Shown in pieces: positions 16,204 through 25,152 of a stretch of 64,000 nucleotides of DNA (position 1 is the first letter of the stretch; the number at the start of each line of letters is the position of its first letter). The stretch spans positions 1 through 64,000 of the IMG/VR virus record IMGVR_UViG_3300045988_077276, one strand, 5' to 3'. The notes beneath the pieces were generated by a model, which saw only the letters and a list, made by a program, of their open reading frames with translations, was not told where the DNA came from and did no database searches. A program made the translations under genes and the position numbers. This DNA is from a virus.

Positions 16204-16351
16204 TTATCGAACAAGCGAACTAAAGGCGGAAATTCGTAGACGAATGATGCAATCTGAATTATCAGAACAAGAAGCCGTTCATTTAGTGGACAAGGCTTGT
16301 GACGATATGACAGATGCCGTAAGTCGTTTGTATTCAAAAGCGGAGTTATAA
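16169..16351 (+). CDS. small hypothetical protein
   Basis: ATG 16169 follows GGGAGAA, in frame with track ORF 16127..16351. It overlaps the upstream gene end. Confidence 0.45.
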   Translation: MVKELHMIAIIDYRTSELKAEIRRRMMQSELSEQEAVHLVDKACDDMTDAVSRLYSKAEL

Positions 16352-16770
16352 TGAAGTTAATCTATTCTGGAGTTGTAATGGGCGACCCAGTACCACAGGG
16401 AAGACCACGGTTAAGTGGTCGAGGTCGTTTTGTAAGAGCCTATGACCCTCCAAAGTCTAAAGCGTATAAACAACTGATAAAAGATTCAATTGAACACCCA
16501 AAGGATTTAACGGACGTACCATTATTGTTTGAACTTGATGTGTACCGTAAAATCCCCTCTAGTGTTCGCAAAAAAGACCATCAAGATATGGTCGATGGAC
16601 TAATTCTACCAACGAAGAAACCAGATATTGATAATGTACTGAAAGGCGTTATGGATGCGTTATCTGGCGTAATATGGGTCGATGATAACCAAGTGTGCGA
16701 TGTAATCACACGCAAGCGTTATAGCGAGCATCCACGAATTGAATTTAAGGTGTACGATATTACACCCTAG
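16351..16770 (+). CDS. rusA: RusA-family Holliday junction resolvase
   Basis: GDPVPQGRPR... and KPDIDNVLKGVMDALSGVIWVDDNQV match the RusA catalytic Asp motifs. Confidence 0.85.
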   Translation: MKLIYSGVVMGDPVPQGRPRLSGRGRFVRAYDPPKSKAYKQLIKDSIEHPKDLTDVPLLFELDVYRKIPSSVRKKDHQDMVDGLILPTKKPDIDNVLKGVMDALSGVIWVDDNQVCDVITRKRYSEHPRIEFKVYDITP

Positions 16771-16780
16771 GGGGATACAA

Positions 16781-17338
16781 ATGTTAGAACAAAAATTGAC
16801 AAATACAGACGGTCTTGATAAAATGTGGGGTTTACATCTTGTGTGGTTCGATGGTGTTTCATACCAATTGACACCGATTGAATCCACAGATGCCGAAGAT
16901 ATTCGTGAATGTTGCCCTCATTGGGTGGTATACTTGACTGGTGACATTCAAGAAGATTGCGATGAAATCGCACGACAAACCTTTTTAAAGGGCGAAGCCT
17001 ATGATAAGTGCTTGTGCGACATCGGTTTAATTGAAGAAGACGATGTAATTGACGTAACAGATTTTAAAATTTATCTACAGGTGACAGATGATTTAAAACC
17101 ACATGAACATTGGGTTCTCAAAGAACATGAACACGTTGGAAACGACTACATCTGCGTGTATGCCGTAGATGAACCAAACAAATCCAAGGTCAATAAAATT
17201 ATTGCTGGTGCTTTGGTGAATGGCTATGATTTGGAAACCGCAGCAATCTGGGTCATGAAACTTGGGTATAAGGCACAAGATAGATTACAAAAGCAATTCG
17301 CTGATATTGCATCTACAGTTGAATCATGGACGGTTTAA
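16781..17338 (+). CDS. hypothetical protein (acidic)
   Basis: ATG 16781 follows AGGGGGA, in frame with track ORF 16739..17338. Confidence 0.6.
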   Translation: MLEQKLTNTDGLDKMWGLHLVWFDGVSYQLTPIESTDAEDIRECCPHWVVYLTGDIQEDCDEIARQTFLKGEAYDKCLCDIGLIEEDDVIDVTDFKIYLQVTDDLKPHEHWVLKEHEHVGNDYICVYAVDEPNKSKVNKIIAGALVNGYDLETAAIWVMKLGYKAQDRLQKQFADIASTVESWTV

Positions 17339-17428
17339 CCGCATTAATTTTATTAGTGATTGTGCAACGGATGTGTCTTGTGATACTGATGTTTGCACTT
17401 GGGTATTTATTATACATGGGAGGTAAGC

Positions 17429-17746
17429 ATGATTAAAAAATTATTGATTGCAGCTTACGTATTCTTTGGTATGTGTATGGGGCAAACATACGCATATCAA
17501 ATGCAAGCCGAGGTATCTGCATACACAGACCGTGGTACAATGGCAAACGGTGAATGGACTCACGATGGAGCAATCGCAAGTGATGATTTGCCGTTCGGCA
17601 CACGAGTAATTATCAATGGTCGAACGTATGTTGTCAAAGATAGATTCGGTGGTGGCTATTCCAATGCCATTGACATCTGGATGCCATCATACGAAGATGC
17701 AATTCAGTTTGGACGACAGTATATTACTGTTGAAGTCTTGGTATAA
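17429..17746 (+). CDS. secreted 3D-domain (RlpA/MltA-like double-psi beta-barrel) protein
   Basis: ATG 17429 follows GGGAGG. Signal peptide MIKKLLIAAYVFFGMCMGQTYA, then SAYTDRGTMANGEW...ASDDLPFGTRVIINGRTYVVKDRFGGG...IDIWM. Confidence 0.65.
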   Translation: MIKKLLIAAYVFFGMCMGQTYAYQMQAEVSAYTDRGTMANGEWTHDGAIASDDLPFGTRVIINGRTYVVKDRFGGGYSNAIDIWMPSYEDAIQFGRQYITVEVLV

Positions 17747-17762
17747 ATCACGGAGGGAAATT

Positions 17763-18245
17763 ATGATTACGGTAAGATTAAAAACACAAGAAGAACCAGC
17801 GGAGCGAGTACGAGGGTTTGAATACGTATCACGCCTAGGAGCAATCGTTAAGAAACCAACACGAGGGTCAATCCATAGTGCTGGTTATGATATTTATGCC
17901 TATGACGACTATGAAATTGAACCAAAACAATCTGTATTGATTAAAACTGGCATCAAAGCGTATATGCCACCAGATGAATACTTGGATTTACGTGTTCGTT
18001 CATCCTTGGGTATTAAACGCCAATTAATGCTTGCGACTGGTGCATCGGTTATTGATTCCGATTATTATAACAATCCAGATAACGAGGGTGAAATCATGGT
18101 TGTATTATATAACTATGGGGATGAACCCCAGACAATCGAAGCTGGCGAACGTATCGTTCAAGGTATTTTCACAAAGTATTTCTTGATTGATGATGATGAT
18201 ACCACAGACCAACGTACTGGTGGTACTGGCTCAACAAATAAATAA
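17763..18245 (+). CDS. dut: dUTP diphosphatase (trimeric dUTPase)
   Basis: Motifs SAGYDIYA, RVRSSLG, GASVIDSDYY and GERIVQGIF. ATG 17763 follows GGAGGGA. Confidence 0.9.
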   Translation: MITVRLKTQEEPAERVRGFEYVSRLGAIVKKPTRGSIHSAGYDIYAYDDYEIEPKQSVLIKTGIKAYMPPDEYLDLRVRSSLGIKRQLMLATGASVIDSDYYNNPDNEGEIMVVLYNYGDEPQTIEAGERIVQGIFTKYFLIDDDDTTDQRTGGTGSTNK

Positions 18246-18264
18246 TTGGAGATAAACACAATCC

Positions 18265-18582
18265 ATGAAACGATTTATGTATTTAGTGGATATGTTTAAG
18301 AATGGGGAATTATATCGTATCTCTATTTATGGGGAGAGTAGAGATACGATTCAACAATATTTATACGATATATCACCAGAGGTAATCTTTGTGAGAGAAG
18401 ACGAAGAAACCGAACGACAACAAAAGAAACGCCTTAAGGGTAATTTTCGTAAGATATATCACAATGGAGAATACATTGGTACAATCGTTCAATGTGATTT
18501 CAGAACAGACAGATGTCAGTCCATTGGAGAACGGTCAAAGAAAATTATTGGTATTGACAGTCGTTATAAGGTGGTTGAATGA
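18265..18582 (+). CDS. hypothetical protein
   Basis: Track ORF with a TGGAGA SD. Confidence 0.6.
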   Translation: MKRFMYLVDMFKNGELYRISIYGESRDTIQQYLYDISPEVIFVREDEETERQQKKRLKGNFRKIYHNGEYIGTIVQCDFRTDRCQSIGERSKKIIGIDSRYKVVE

Positions 18583-19232
18583 ATAGATTTACACAATTCA
18601 TGTGTTCAAACATGAGTAATTTAACAAAAATACAACAGTTTGAGAAACAATATTCTTTTGACGAGTTTGCACAGAACAAGCAGAAGCAGCGGATTTTAAA
18701 TCGCTTGAACCGTTTACGGTCAATTGATTATGCAGACTCACCAGAAGACATTGTGTTGCAACAAGAAGAATTTGAGAGAATGTCGTATGCACTCATTCGG
18801 TTACGTTCTGAATTGGGCGTTAAAAACACGCAATTGTTAATTCTACGTGCTGGTTACCGCAAGAAGTTAAAGGACATCGCAAAGGAACTGGGGTTGTCTT
18901 ATACATATGTCTGCTCCAAGTATAAACTGGTTAAGAAACAGGCGAAAGAAATCGTCTTGCAACTGATGGAAGAAAACACGGTTGACGTTGATATGTTTCA
19001 ACCAGTCAAGAATCTGTATTTTGCCACAACGCCAAAAGACAAACTGAATTATCCATTTGATTCTGCACGAAACACATTCAAGAAATATCACATCTATAAG
19101 GGTGAGCATCGTGAATCATTCCATTGTAAAGCCATTGAATATCTTGACGAGTGCTTTGGTGACAAGAAAACAATTTGTAATTATTGCGGTAAGCAATGTA
19201 CACGATTAAACGATATGGAGGAACGCATTTGA
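18579..19232 (+). CDS. putative transcription regulator with a sigma-70 region-4-like HTH and a C-terminal Cys cluster
   Basis: LLILRAGYRKKLKDIAKELGLSYTYVCSKYKLVKKQAKEI resembles a sigma region 4 HTH. The C-terminus carries CKAIEYLDEC...CNYCGKQC. Confidence 0.4.
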   Translation: MNRFTQFMCSNMSNLTKIQQFEKQYSFDEFAQNKQKQRILNRLNRLRSIDYADSPEDIVLQQEEFERMSYALIRLRSELGVKNTQLLILRAGYRKKLKDIAKELGLSYTYVCSKYKLVKKQAKEIVLQLMEENTVDVDMFQPVKNLYFATTPKDKLNYPFDSARNTFKKYHIYKGEHRESFHCKAIEYLDECFGDKKTICNYCGKQCTRLNDMEERI

Positions 19233-20026
19233 ACATCGCAGAACATTCTCTGAATACAAACAAATTAGATATGCGTGTGGATGCAGACCGTGCATACATT
19301 GCCGATGTATCCGATATACACGTTGGGAATATCTATCACAATAGACAAAAGTTTGAAGACTTTTTGTCCAAAGTACAATCCATTGATAATCTATATTTGA
19401 TTATCGGTGGTGATTCTACAGATAATGCAACCACAAACTCCGCATCATCTGTATTTGAACAATCGGAACATGGTGGCGACCAAGTGTTGACCGCTTATCA
19501 TTTATTACAACCGATTAAAGACCGCATCTTGTTTTGCCGTAGTGGCAACCACGGATATGAACGTGCGTTAAAACATAATAAATTAATACCAGAACAGATG
19601 TTAGCGGAACTATTGGGTGTTCCATTTTACCACGGTATGGCAAGCGTATTCTTTAATGTCAATAAGAATCTGTATGTTATTGGTACTTGGCACAATGCAA
19701 AGAAACCAACGGCAATGGAATGGTTACATACCGATATTACATTTTATGAACACTTGCATAAAACCAATTGGGAGAAAACTCATGTGGCAACACCAAACCG
19801 TATTGCTAAGGCTTGGTCAATGACTGAACATTATGATATACAATCTGGTTCATTCCTTGGTTGGGGCGGTTACTCCGCAGACAAGGGTTACAGACCATTG
19901 GATTGTGGTACATCCATCGTAGAGTTATCTGGTGAAAGAAACAAGAAGTCAATTCGTGTTCATTCCGACATTGACCATGTGTTGGAACTGGAAGAATTGC
20001 GAAAGTGTGTACATGATGCCACTTAA
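19229..20026 (+). CDS. calcineurin-like metallophosphoesterase
   Basis: ADVSDIHVGN, IIGGDSTDNA and CRSGNHGYE are the DxH / GD / GNH motifs. TTG 19229 lies 5 nt after GGAGGA and overlaps the upstream stop. Confidence 0.75.
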   Translation: MNIAEHSLNTNKLDMRVDADRAYIADVSDIHVGNIYHNRQKFEDFLSKVQSIDNLYLIIGGDSTDNATTNSASSVFEQSEHGGDQVLTAYHLLQPIKDRILFCRSGNHGYERALKHNKLIPEQMLAELLGVPFYHGMASVFFNVNKNLYVIGTWHNAKKPTAMEWLHTDITFYEHLHKTNWEKTHVATPNRIAKAWSMTEHYDIQSGSFLGWGGYSADKGYRPLDCGTSIVELSGERNKKSIRVHSDIDHVLELEELRKCVHDAT

Positions 20027-20258
20027 AGGAACACGTAAGAAGACAACTAAGACAACAAAGAAACCAACCAAGAATCAAATCAAGGTTGTAAAACCAAAAG
20101 CACCAACCAAACGTAAACGCAAGCCACCAAAACCCAAGACACCACTCGATGCCATTCACAAGAAATGTCGTGAGTGTTGTTGTGGTACTCTTGCGGAAGT
20201 ACAGGCGTGTGAAATTGATGATTGTGCATTATGGCATTATCGCATGACGGAAGATTAA
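20013..20258 (+). CDS. small basic protein with a C-terminal zinc-ribbon-like Cys cluster
   Basis: Lys/Pro/Thr-rich N-terminus followed by CRECCCGTLAEVQACEIDDC. Confidence 0.55.
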   Translation: MMPLKGTRKKTTKTTKKPTKNQIKVVKPKAPTKRKRKPPKPKTPLDAIHKKCRECCCGTLAEVQACEIDDCALWHYRMTED

Positions 20259-20278
20259 TTTCTTCCGTCTTTTTTTTA
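20247..20278 (+). terminator. rho-independent terminator
   Basis: ACGGAAGA (20247-20254) pairs with TCTTCCGT (20061-style arm at 20261-20268), then a run of 8 T. Confidence 0.8.
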
Positions 20279-20286
20279 TTTTGTTA

Positions 20287-20315
20287 TTGACATAAATGTA
20301 ATCATGTGATATTCT
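20287..20315 (+). promoter_or_regulatory. promoter
   Basis: TTGACA 20287-20292, a 17 nt spacer ending in TGA, TATTCT 20310-20315. Confidence 0.55.
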
Positions 20316-20354
20316 TATATCAGAACAACAAATGATTAAGCATTGGAGGTTCAC

Positions 20355-20492
20355 ATGAAAAGAAAATGCTATGTGGTGCCACATGGGTTTCATTATATGG
20401 ATGTTTTAAAACCATATTTTGAACAGGGTTGGTCTTTAACAAAAGTTATGCGTATCGGTAAAGATACCTCTGTTGTTATCACTCGTCTATAG
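20355..20492 (+). CDS. small hypothetical protein (45 aa)
   Basis: Hand-translated MKRKCYVVPHGFHYMDVLKPYFEQGWSLTKVMRIGKDTSVVITRL. GGAGG lies 6 nt upstream. It is below the track cutoff. Confidence 0.5.
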   Translation: MKRKCYVVPHGFHYMDVLKPYFEQGWSLTKVMRIGKDTSVVITRL

Positions 20493-20505
20493 AAAGTAGG
20501 TACAT

Positions 20506-20958
20506 ATGTTAAAATCAAAGTATTTAACACAACAAGGTTTAGAATATTTTCTAAAGGGTCTATATAACCAAGGATTTCGGTTTATATTTTATGACCCAAC
20601 TATAAAGATATATATCGCATCCGAACAAGAGCCATACTTTAAAGATAATAAATATATGCATTGTTATGGAAATAAAAAATCTGCTATTGTAAGTTCTTTG
20701 GAAGTTACCATTGTGAAAGAACTGTTAGAGATGTATTTGTATATTGAGATTGACAAATTCATTGATGTTGTTGACTGGAAAAATGTTCCTGTGGATACGA
20801 AAATAATCGTGTCACATTCAACAGGCAGTCCAGACTATTGTCGCTATTTTGCAGAATACAGTGATGGAAAAGTATATGCTTGGGATTATGGTGCAACCTC
20901 ATGGAGTAGTTCGGCTCAATCAAAAAGTTGGTGGGAACACGCAAAACTTGCGGAATAA
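20506..20958 (+). CDS. hypothetical protein
   Basis: Track ORF. Confidence 0.6.
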   Translation: MLKSKYLTQQGLEYFLKGLYNQGFRFIFYDPTIKIYIASEQEPYFKDNKYMHCYGNKKSAIVSSLEVTIVKELLEMYLYIEIDKFIDVVDWKNVPVDTKIIVSHSTGSPDYCRYFAEYSDGKVYAWDYGATSWSSSAQSKSWWEHAKLAE

Positions 20959-20962
20959 ATAC

Positions 20963-20991
20963 TTGACACAATTGCAATACTTTGGTATTAT
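20963..20991 (+). promoter_or_regulatory. promoter
   Basis: TTGACA 20963-20968, a 17 nt spacer ending in TGG, TATTAT 20986-20991. Confidence 0.6.
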
Positions 20992-21009
20992 ACCCATAGG
21001 AGATACAAA

Positions 21010-21294
21010 ATGGCATACAAAGGTTTTGGCGGTGGTCGAACACTACCAGATAAGCGAGAGTACTTTTTAGAGTATGGCGATGGGTTTGACCACATCTTAG
21101 ACCGATGTCAAACAACATTGGGTTGTCGCAAGTGTCACACTAAGCCTGTTGCCATAATCGAACATCGTAGAACTAAAGATTCACAATGGATTTATCTTGC
21201 GTGTCCAAAGCATCCCAAGAATAGAACCTATGTGAACTTGGATTACGATATTATGTTTAAATCTTGGGATTTGTTACAAAGGAGGAAATTATGA
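21010..21294 (+). CDS. hypothetical protein (Cys/His pairs CRKCH, CPKH)
   Basis: Track ORF with a TAGGAGA SD. Confidence 0.6.
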   Translation: MAYKGFGGGRTLPDKREYFLEYGDGFDHILDRCQTTLGCRKCHTKPVAIIEHRRTKDSQWIYLACPKHPKNRTYVNLDYDIMFKSWDLLQRRKL

Positions 21295-21503
21295 AACGAA
21301 AAGCACAAACTAAGAGGTATATCGAGGACGACATTTTACGGATGATACGCTTGGGTTCAATCGTATTGTTATTAGGGTCATTTATTCGATTATTTTGGTT
21401 TAATGATTCCGATTGGTTCGCAGCAATGGTTATGTCAATCATGTCAATTACATTGTTACCAACTAAGTTAGACCATCCACAGGAGGACGAAGATGAGATT
21501 TAG
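21291..21503 (+). CDS. small membrane protein
   Basis: ATG 21291 follows AGGAGGA. Two hydrophobic segments: LGSIVLLLGSFIRLFWF and FAAMVMSIMSITLL. Confidence 0.6.
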   Translation: MKRKAQTKRYIEDDILRMIRLGSIVLLLGSFIRLFWFNDSDWFAAMVMSIMSITLLPTKLDHPQEDEDEI

Positions 21504-21747
21504 TACTGCATTTGAACATATGTTAAACGGTAAAGCCATTCGTAGATACCACTGGAAACCAGAGTCTTGTTTAAGACTCAAACGAGGGAAAATATATGTG
21601 TGTACATCAACAGAACACAAGTTACTGGGGTCGCTTAATGCATCTGCTATTATGGCAAGTGATTGGCAAGTCGTTGGCGAAGAAATGTGCTATAAGAAAG
21701 ATGAAAGCATTATGCGATTCTTTGAAAGTTTAAATGGTATGATATAA
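21493..21747 (+). CDS. DUF2829-family protein (Tad2-like candidate anti-Thoeris sponge)
   Basis: MRFSTAFEHMLNGKAIRRYHWKPE...SAIMASDWQVV fits the F..A...L..GK.vrR..W ... DW.v pattern of DUF2829. Confidence 0.6.
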   Translation: MRFSTAFEHMLNGKAIRRYHWKPESCLRLKRGKIYVCTSTEHKLLGSLNASAIMASDWQVVGEEMCYKKDESIMRFFESLNGMI

Positions 21748-21765
21748 ACGAAAGTGAGAAAACAA

Positions 21766-22527
21766 ATGAACAACACAACAAAAACAACAATTTTATCCGC
21801 AGTATTCGCAATGGCAACAATGGGTGCGTTCGCAAATCCAGTTGCGTTTGGTTCTTTAGAACCATCTGCCGTAAACCCAACTGTGAGTGGTTACAATAGC
21901 GTTGCCGTTGGTGCAAACACAAGTGTAAACGGTACGAATACAATCGTTGTTGGTCGTGACAATACGATTAATGGTGACGATAATATTATCTTGGGTGGTG
22001 GCAACGGTACAGTTAACACAAACCAAACAACGGTGCTTGGGTATAACAATTATATTGGCAGCCACGTAGAACAAACCATCATTGGTGCAAACAATACAGC
22101 AGACATCCGTGCAAACGAACATACACTTCTTGACCATGACCAACGTATTACTACATTGGAACACTCTAGTCAACAATTGTTGGGTGACATTGACAATAAA
22201 CTAAAGGGGTTGGAACGTGGCACAAACACAGCCATTGCATCTGTATCCGCTTTGGGTGCATTACATTGGAATGGTTTTGATGCACATAACAAACTTGCTT
22301 TGAGTGCTGGCTTTGGTCATTACAAAAATGCAAACGCTGGGGCAATCGGTGCGTTCTATGCTCCGAATGAAAACGTAATGTTCTACGTTGGTCAATCTTT
22401 TGGTCACTCTCCAGTAACAAACGCATCTGTTAATTTCAAGGTTGGTAAAACAACGAATGTTAAACGTGATGAACTAAAAGACTTAAAAGAACGTGTTGAA
22501 ATGTTGGAAAACTTATTGTCTAAATAG
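21766..22527 (+). CDS. small YadA-type trimeric autotransporter adhesin (signal peptide, head repeats, coiled-coil stalk, beta-barrel anchor, extra C-terminal coiled-coil tail)
   Basis: Signal peptide MNNTTKTTILSAVFAMATMGAFA. Head repeats NSVAVGANTSVNGTNTIVVGRDNTINGDDNIILGG. Anchor AIASVSALGALHW...LALSAGFGHYKNANAGAIGAFYAPNENVMFYVGQSFG. Tail KRDELKDLKERVEMLENLLSK. Confidence 0.8.
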   Translation: MNNTTKTTILSAVFAMATMGAFANPVAFGSLEPSAVNPTVSGYNSVAVGANTSVNGTNTIVVGRDNTINGDDNIILGGGNGTVNTNQTTVLGYNNYIGSHVEQTIIGANNTADIRANEHTLLDHDQRITTLEHSSQQLLGDIDNKLKGLERGTNTAIASVSALGALHWNGFDAHNKLALSAGFGHYKNANAGAIGAFYAPNENVMFYVGQSFGHSPVTNASVNFKVGKTTNVKRDELKDLKERVEMLENLLSK

Positions 22528-22570
22528 ATTATATATGGGCGGTGTAAAACCGCCCTATGTGGAGAGTCAA

Positions 22571-23275
22571 ATGAATTTTAAGGGTAATTACGAGTTACTG
22601 AATGGTGACTGTATGGATATGTTACCAGATATTCGACACATATTATTCGAGGAGCGACAAAAATACATTATTGTCACAGACCCTCCATTCAATGTTGGAT
22701 ACAAATATAACACATACAAAGATAGAATGTCCGAAGAATCTTATAGAGAAATGTTATATGATATTTTTTCTGGTGTAAATCCATCTGTTGTTATACATTA
22801 TCCAGAACAGTTGTATCAACTTGCGGTTGACATCGGAAGACCACCAGCACGTGTTGTATCTTGGGTATATAATACGAATAACCGCAGACAACATCGTGAT
22901 ATTGCGTTCTTTGGTATTACACCAGATTTTAAACGTGTATTACAACCGTATAAAAACCCAAACGACAAACGAATTAAACGATTGATTGCCAATGGGTCTA
23001 TGGGTACACCGATTTATGATTGGTGGAATGTCAATATCGTTAAGAATGTATCGAAAGAAAAGACGGCACACCCATGTCAAATGCCACTGGAAGTGATGAA
23101 AAACATCATTGGCATATTACCGGATGATTATGTTATCATTGACCCATTCATGGGTTCTGGTACAACTGGCGTTGCGTGTCGTCAATTAAACCGAAAGTTT
23201 ATTGGTATAGAATTAGATAAAGAATATTATGAGATTGCGTACAAACGCATATCGGAGGTATATAATGAAGATTGA
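22571..23275 (+). CDS. DNA methyltransferase, N6-adenine or N4-cytosine (beta-class, motif IV before motif I)
   Basis: IVTDPPFNVGY (a DPPF/Y-type motif IV) and IIDPFMGSGTTGVACRQLNRKFIGIELD (motif I). ATG 22571 follows GGAGAG. Confidence 0.85.
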   Translation: MNFKGNYELLNGDCMDMLPDIRHILFEERQKYIIVTDPPFNVGYKYNTYKDRMSEESYREMLYDIFSGVNPSVVIHYPEQLYQLAVDIGRPPARVVSWVYNTNNRRQHRDIAFFGITPDFKRVLQPYKNPNDKRIKRLIANGSMGTPIYDWWNVNIVKNVSKEKTAHPCQMPLEVMKNIIGILPDDYVIIDPFMGSGTTGVACRQLNRKFIGIELDKEYYEIAYKRISEVYNED

Positions 23276-23627
23276 ATTGTATGGTAAAACATACGAGTTA
23301 AAGAAAACTGCAAAACCAGATGAGGTTATTGACTTATTGATTGATGTCTTATGCGAGCATACAGACGACCCAATCCAAGTCTTATCACAAGTGAAAGACC
23401 AATATCTACATGGACTCGTTCCAAGGTATATAAACTTAAGAACTGCATTGAACAACGCTGGTGTAATGCAAAAGGAATTAAGTGATATTCTATATATGAC
23501 ACCACAAGATGTTAACCGTAGATTCTCTGGTGTTACAAAATGGAAGCCACTGGAGAAACGTGCGATTATGCAATTTTTGGAAGACCGTGGTTTTGAATAT
23601 ACGGAAGAACAATTGTTTACAGAATAG
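23265..23627 (+). CDS. hypothetical protein with an XRE-like HTH segment
   Basis: ATG 23265 follows GGAGG. The segment MQKELSDILYMTPQDVNRRFSG resembles an HTH. Confidence 0.5.
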   Translation: MKIELYGKTYELKKTAKPDEVIDLLIDVLCEHTDDPIQVLSQVKDQYLHGLVPRYINLRTALNNAGVMQKELSDILYMTPQDVNRRFSGVTKWKPLEKRAIMQFLEDRGFEYTEEQLFTE

Positions 23628-23665
23628 TGTATATGTGATATAATGTATGTATTGGAGGTTTAATT

Positions 23666-24193
23666 ATGTCAGAATTTCAACAAGGTATGATTTTAAGAAA
23701 TGTTTGTAACGATACACATTGTATTTATATCCAAGATATTCCAGATGTTGGATATGGAAAGAATTGTATAGTTTATAATCTAAAGTTAAATAGATATATC
23801 GTTACTGATGATAGACTATATGAAAGAATCGAAGACGATTGTCCGATTGTCAACGTGTTACATACCCAAGCACTTATGATTGAGTCTTATAAAGCATACA
23901 TCCGTAATGCATCCGAGGGTTCTTTACTTATTGCAGAACAAGTGTTAAAACACTTTAAGCAATTACAGGGTTCTAATTTATTACTGACAGACAATAGCGT
24001 GTTTTCTGTGAAAGACGTAAGTCTTCTCACCAGCACATTGACAACAGATTGGACAAGTCGTATTCAATTTTATGGTGTTAGACGTTCTCCAGATGGTCAC
24101 AAAAAAGTTCAAATCGCTACTTTAAGAGATTTAAAACCCAACAATATTCTATTGGATGTCTTGTGCAAATCCACACAGGAGATGGACAAATGA
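23666..24193 (+). CDS. hypothetical protein
   Basis: Track ORF with a GGAGG SD. Confidence 0.6.
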   Translation: MSEFQQGMILRNVCNDTHCIYIQDIPDVGYGKNCIVYNLKLNRYIVTDDRLYERIEDDCPIVNVLHTQALMIESYKAYIRNASEGSLLIAEQVLKHFKQLQGSNLLLTDNSVFSVKDVSLLTSTLTTDWTSRIQFYGVRRSPDGHKKVQIATLRDLKPNNILLDVLCKSTQEMDK

Positions 24194-24417
24194 AGTACGG
24201 TGGCTACGTAATAGATAACAATGATGTAATGCATAAGGTTATGGCACGAGATTCATACGATGATGCTTGCCGTCAATTACAAAAATTGTGCATGGAACTT
24301 GGGTGTTACAAAACAGGATATGCCGTTGGTCAACACGAAGACCCAGATGGTAAGATTTTCTATTTTGAATACCTAGATGTGTATTGGATGGATGAATATG
24401 GAGAGTGGGTCGGTTAA
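24190..24417 (+). CDS. hypothetical protein
   Basis: ATG 24190 overlaps the upstream stop as ATGA. GGAGATGG upstream. Confidence 0.55.
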   Translation: MKYGGYVIDNNDVMHKVMARDSYDDACRQLQKLCMELGCYKTGYAVGQHEDPDGKIFYFEYLDVYWMDEYGEWVG

Positions 24418-24641
24418 TGTTTAATGTATATTGGGCAAAACCACAGAAACAAATCAAGGAATACCACGGTTCGTATGACACGTTTGAACAAGCGATGCAA
24501 TCTATTAAAGATTGGTGGAGAGAAAACGATTATCGACCACGGTATTATCGTGTGATTGAACACGGTCAATCTTTTACGATTGATTATGGATTATACAATT
24601 GTTTTTATGAAATTGAGTTTGAACCAAAGGAGAAAGAATAA
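24417..24641 (+). CDS. hypothetical protein
   Basis: ATG 24417 overlaps the upstream stop as TAATG. Confidence 0.55.
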   Translation: MFNVYWAKPQKQIKEYHGSYDTFEQAMQSIKDWWRENDYRPRYYRVIEHGQSFTIDYGLYNCFYEIEFEPKEKE

Positions 24642-24904
24642 TGTATGCAACACAAGAAGACGTGTTAGAAGTGGCACGGTCGTTAGCAACACAAGCAACG
24701 CTATTAAGAAAACAATCATCCCTCATCGACAGGTCAACAGAATTAAATAAGTTACAACACATTCGTATTTCTGCCTTGGAAGAACAATCGGATTTCTTGT
24801 TTAAACGCATCTGTAGAATCCATAAACAAATCTTTTGGTATCTGATTGCGATTATCATTGTAAATCTCGGTGGCTTAATTGCGTTCCATATGGTGACACC
24901 ATGA
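24641..24904 (+). CDS. hypothetical protein with a C-terminal TM helix
   Basis: AAGGAGA SD. C-terminal segment IFWYLIAIIIVNLGGLIAF. Confidence 0.55.
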   Translation: MYATQEDVLEVARSLATQATLLRKQSSLIDRSTELNKLQHIRISALEEQSDFLFKRICRIHKQIFWYLIAIIIVNLGGLIAFHMVTP

Positions 24905-25143
24905 CCAACGAAGAACAATCTATGGTCGGTCTATTGTTGCATGACTTTGAAACACGTTTCAATAATCACATTGAATGTTTACCAAAGTATTACGATAGAA
25001 CAAAGTCCATTGATAATCGTTTACGACAGGTCGAAGATGTTGTATCTAAACGCAAGTATAACAACTTATTGATTGTTATAAATGTGTTCTTTTGGATTGT
25101 CATTTTTGATACGATTGCGATTTTATATTTGTTGTTCTCCTAG
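24901..25143 (+). CDS. hypothetical protein with a C-terminal TM helix
   Basis: ATG 24901 overlaps the upstream stop as ATGA. C-terminal segment LLIVINVFFWIVIFDTIAILYLLF. Confidence 0.55.
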   Translation: MTNEEQSMVGLLLHDFETRFNNHIECLPKYYDRTKSIDNRLRQVEDVVSKRKYNNLLIVINVFFWIVIFDTIAILYLLFS

Positions 25144-25152
25144 GAGGTTTTA

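Noticed and set aside
22537-22555. The GGGCGG-TGTAAAA-CCGCCC hairpin after the adhesin gene as a rho-independent terminator
   Set aside because: The stem is good, but it is followed by TATGTGG rather than a T-run, and the next gene's SD follows immediately. It may be an attenuator or an RNA-stability element, so it is not annotated as a terminator.
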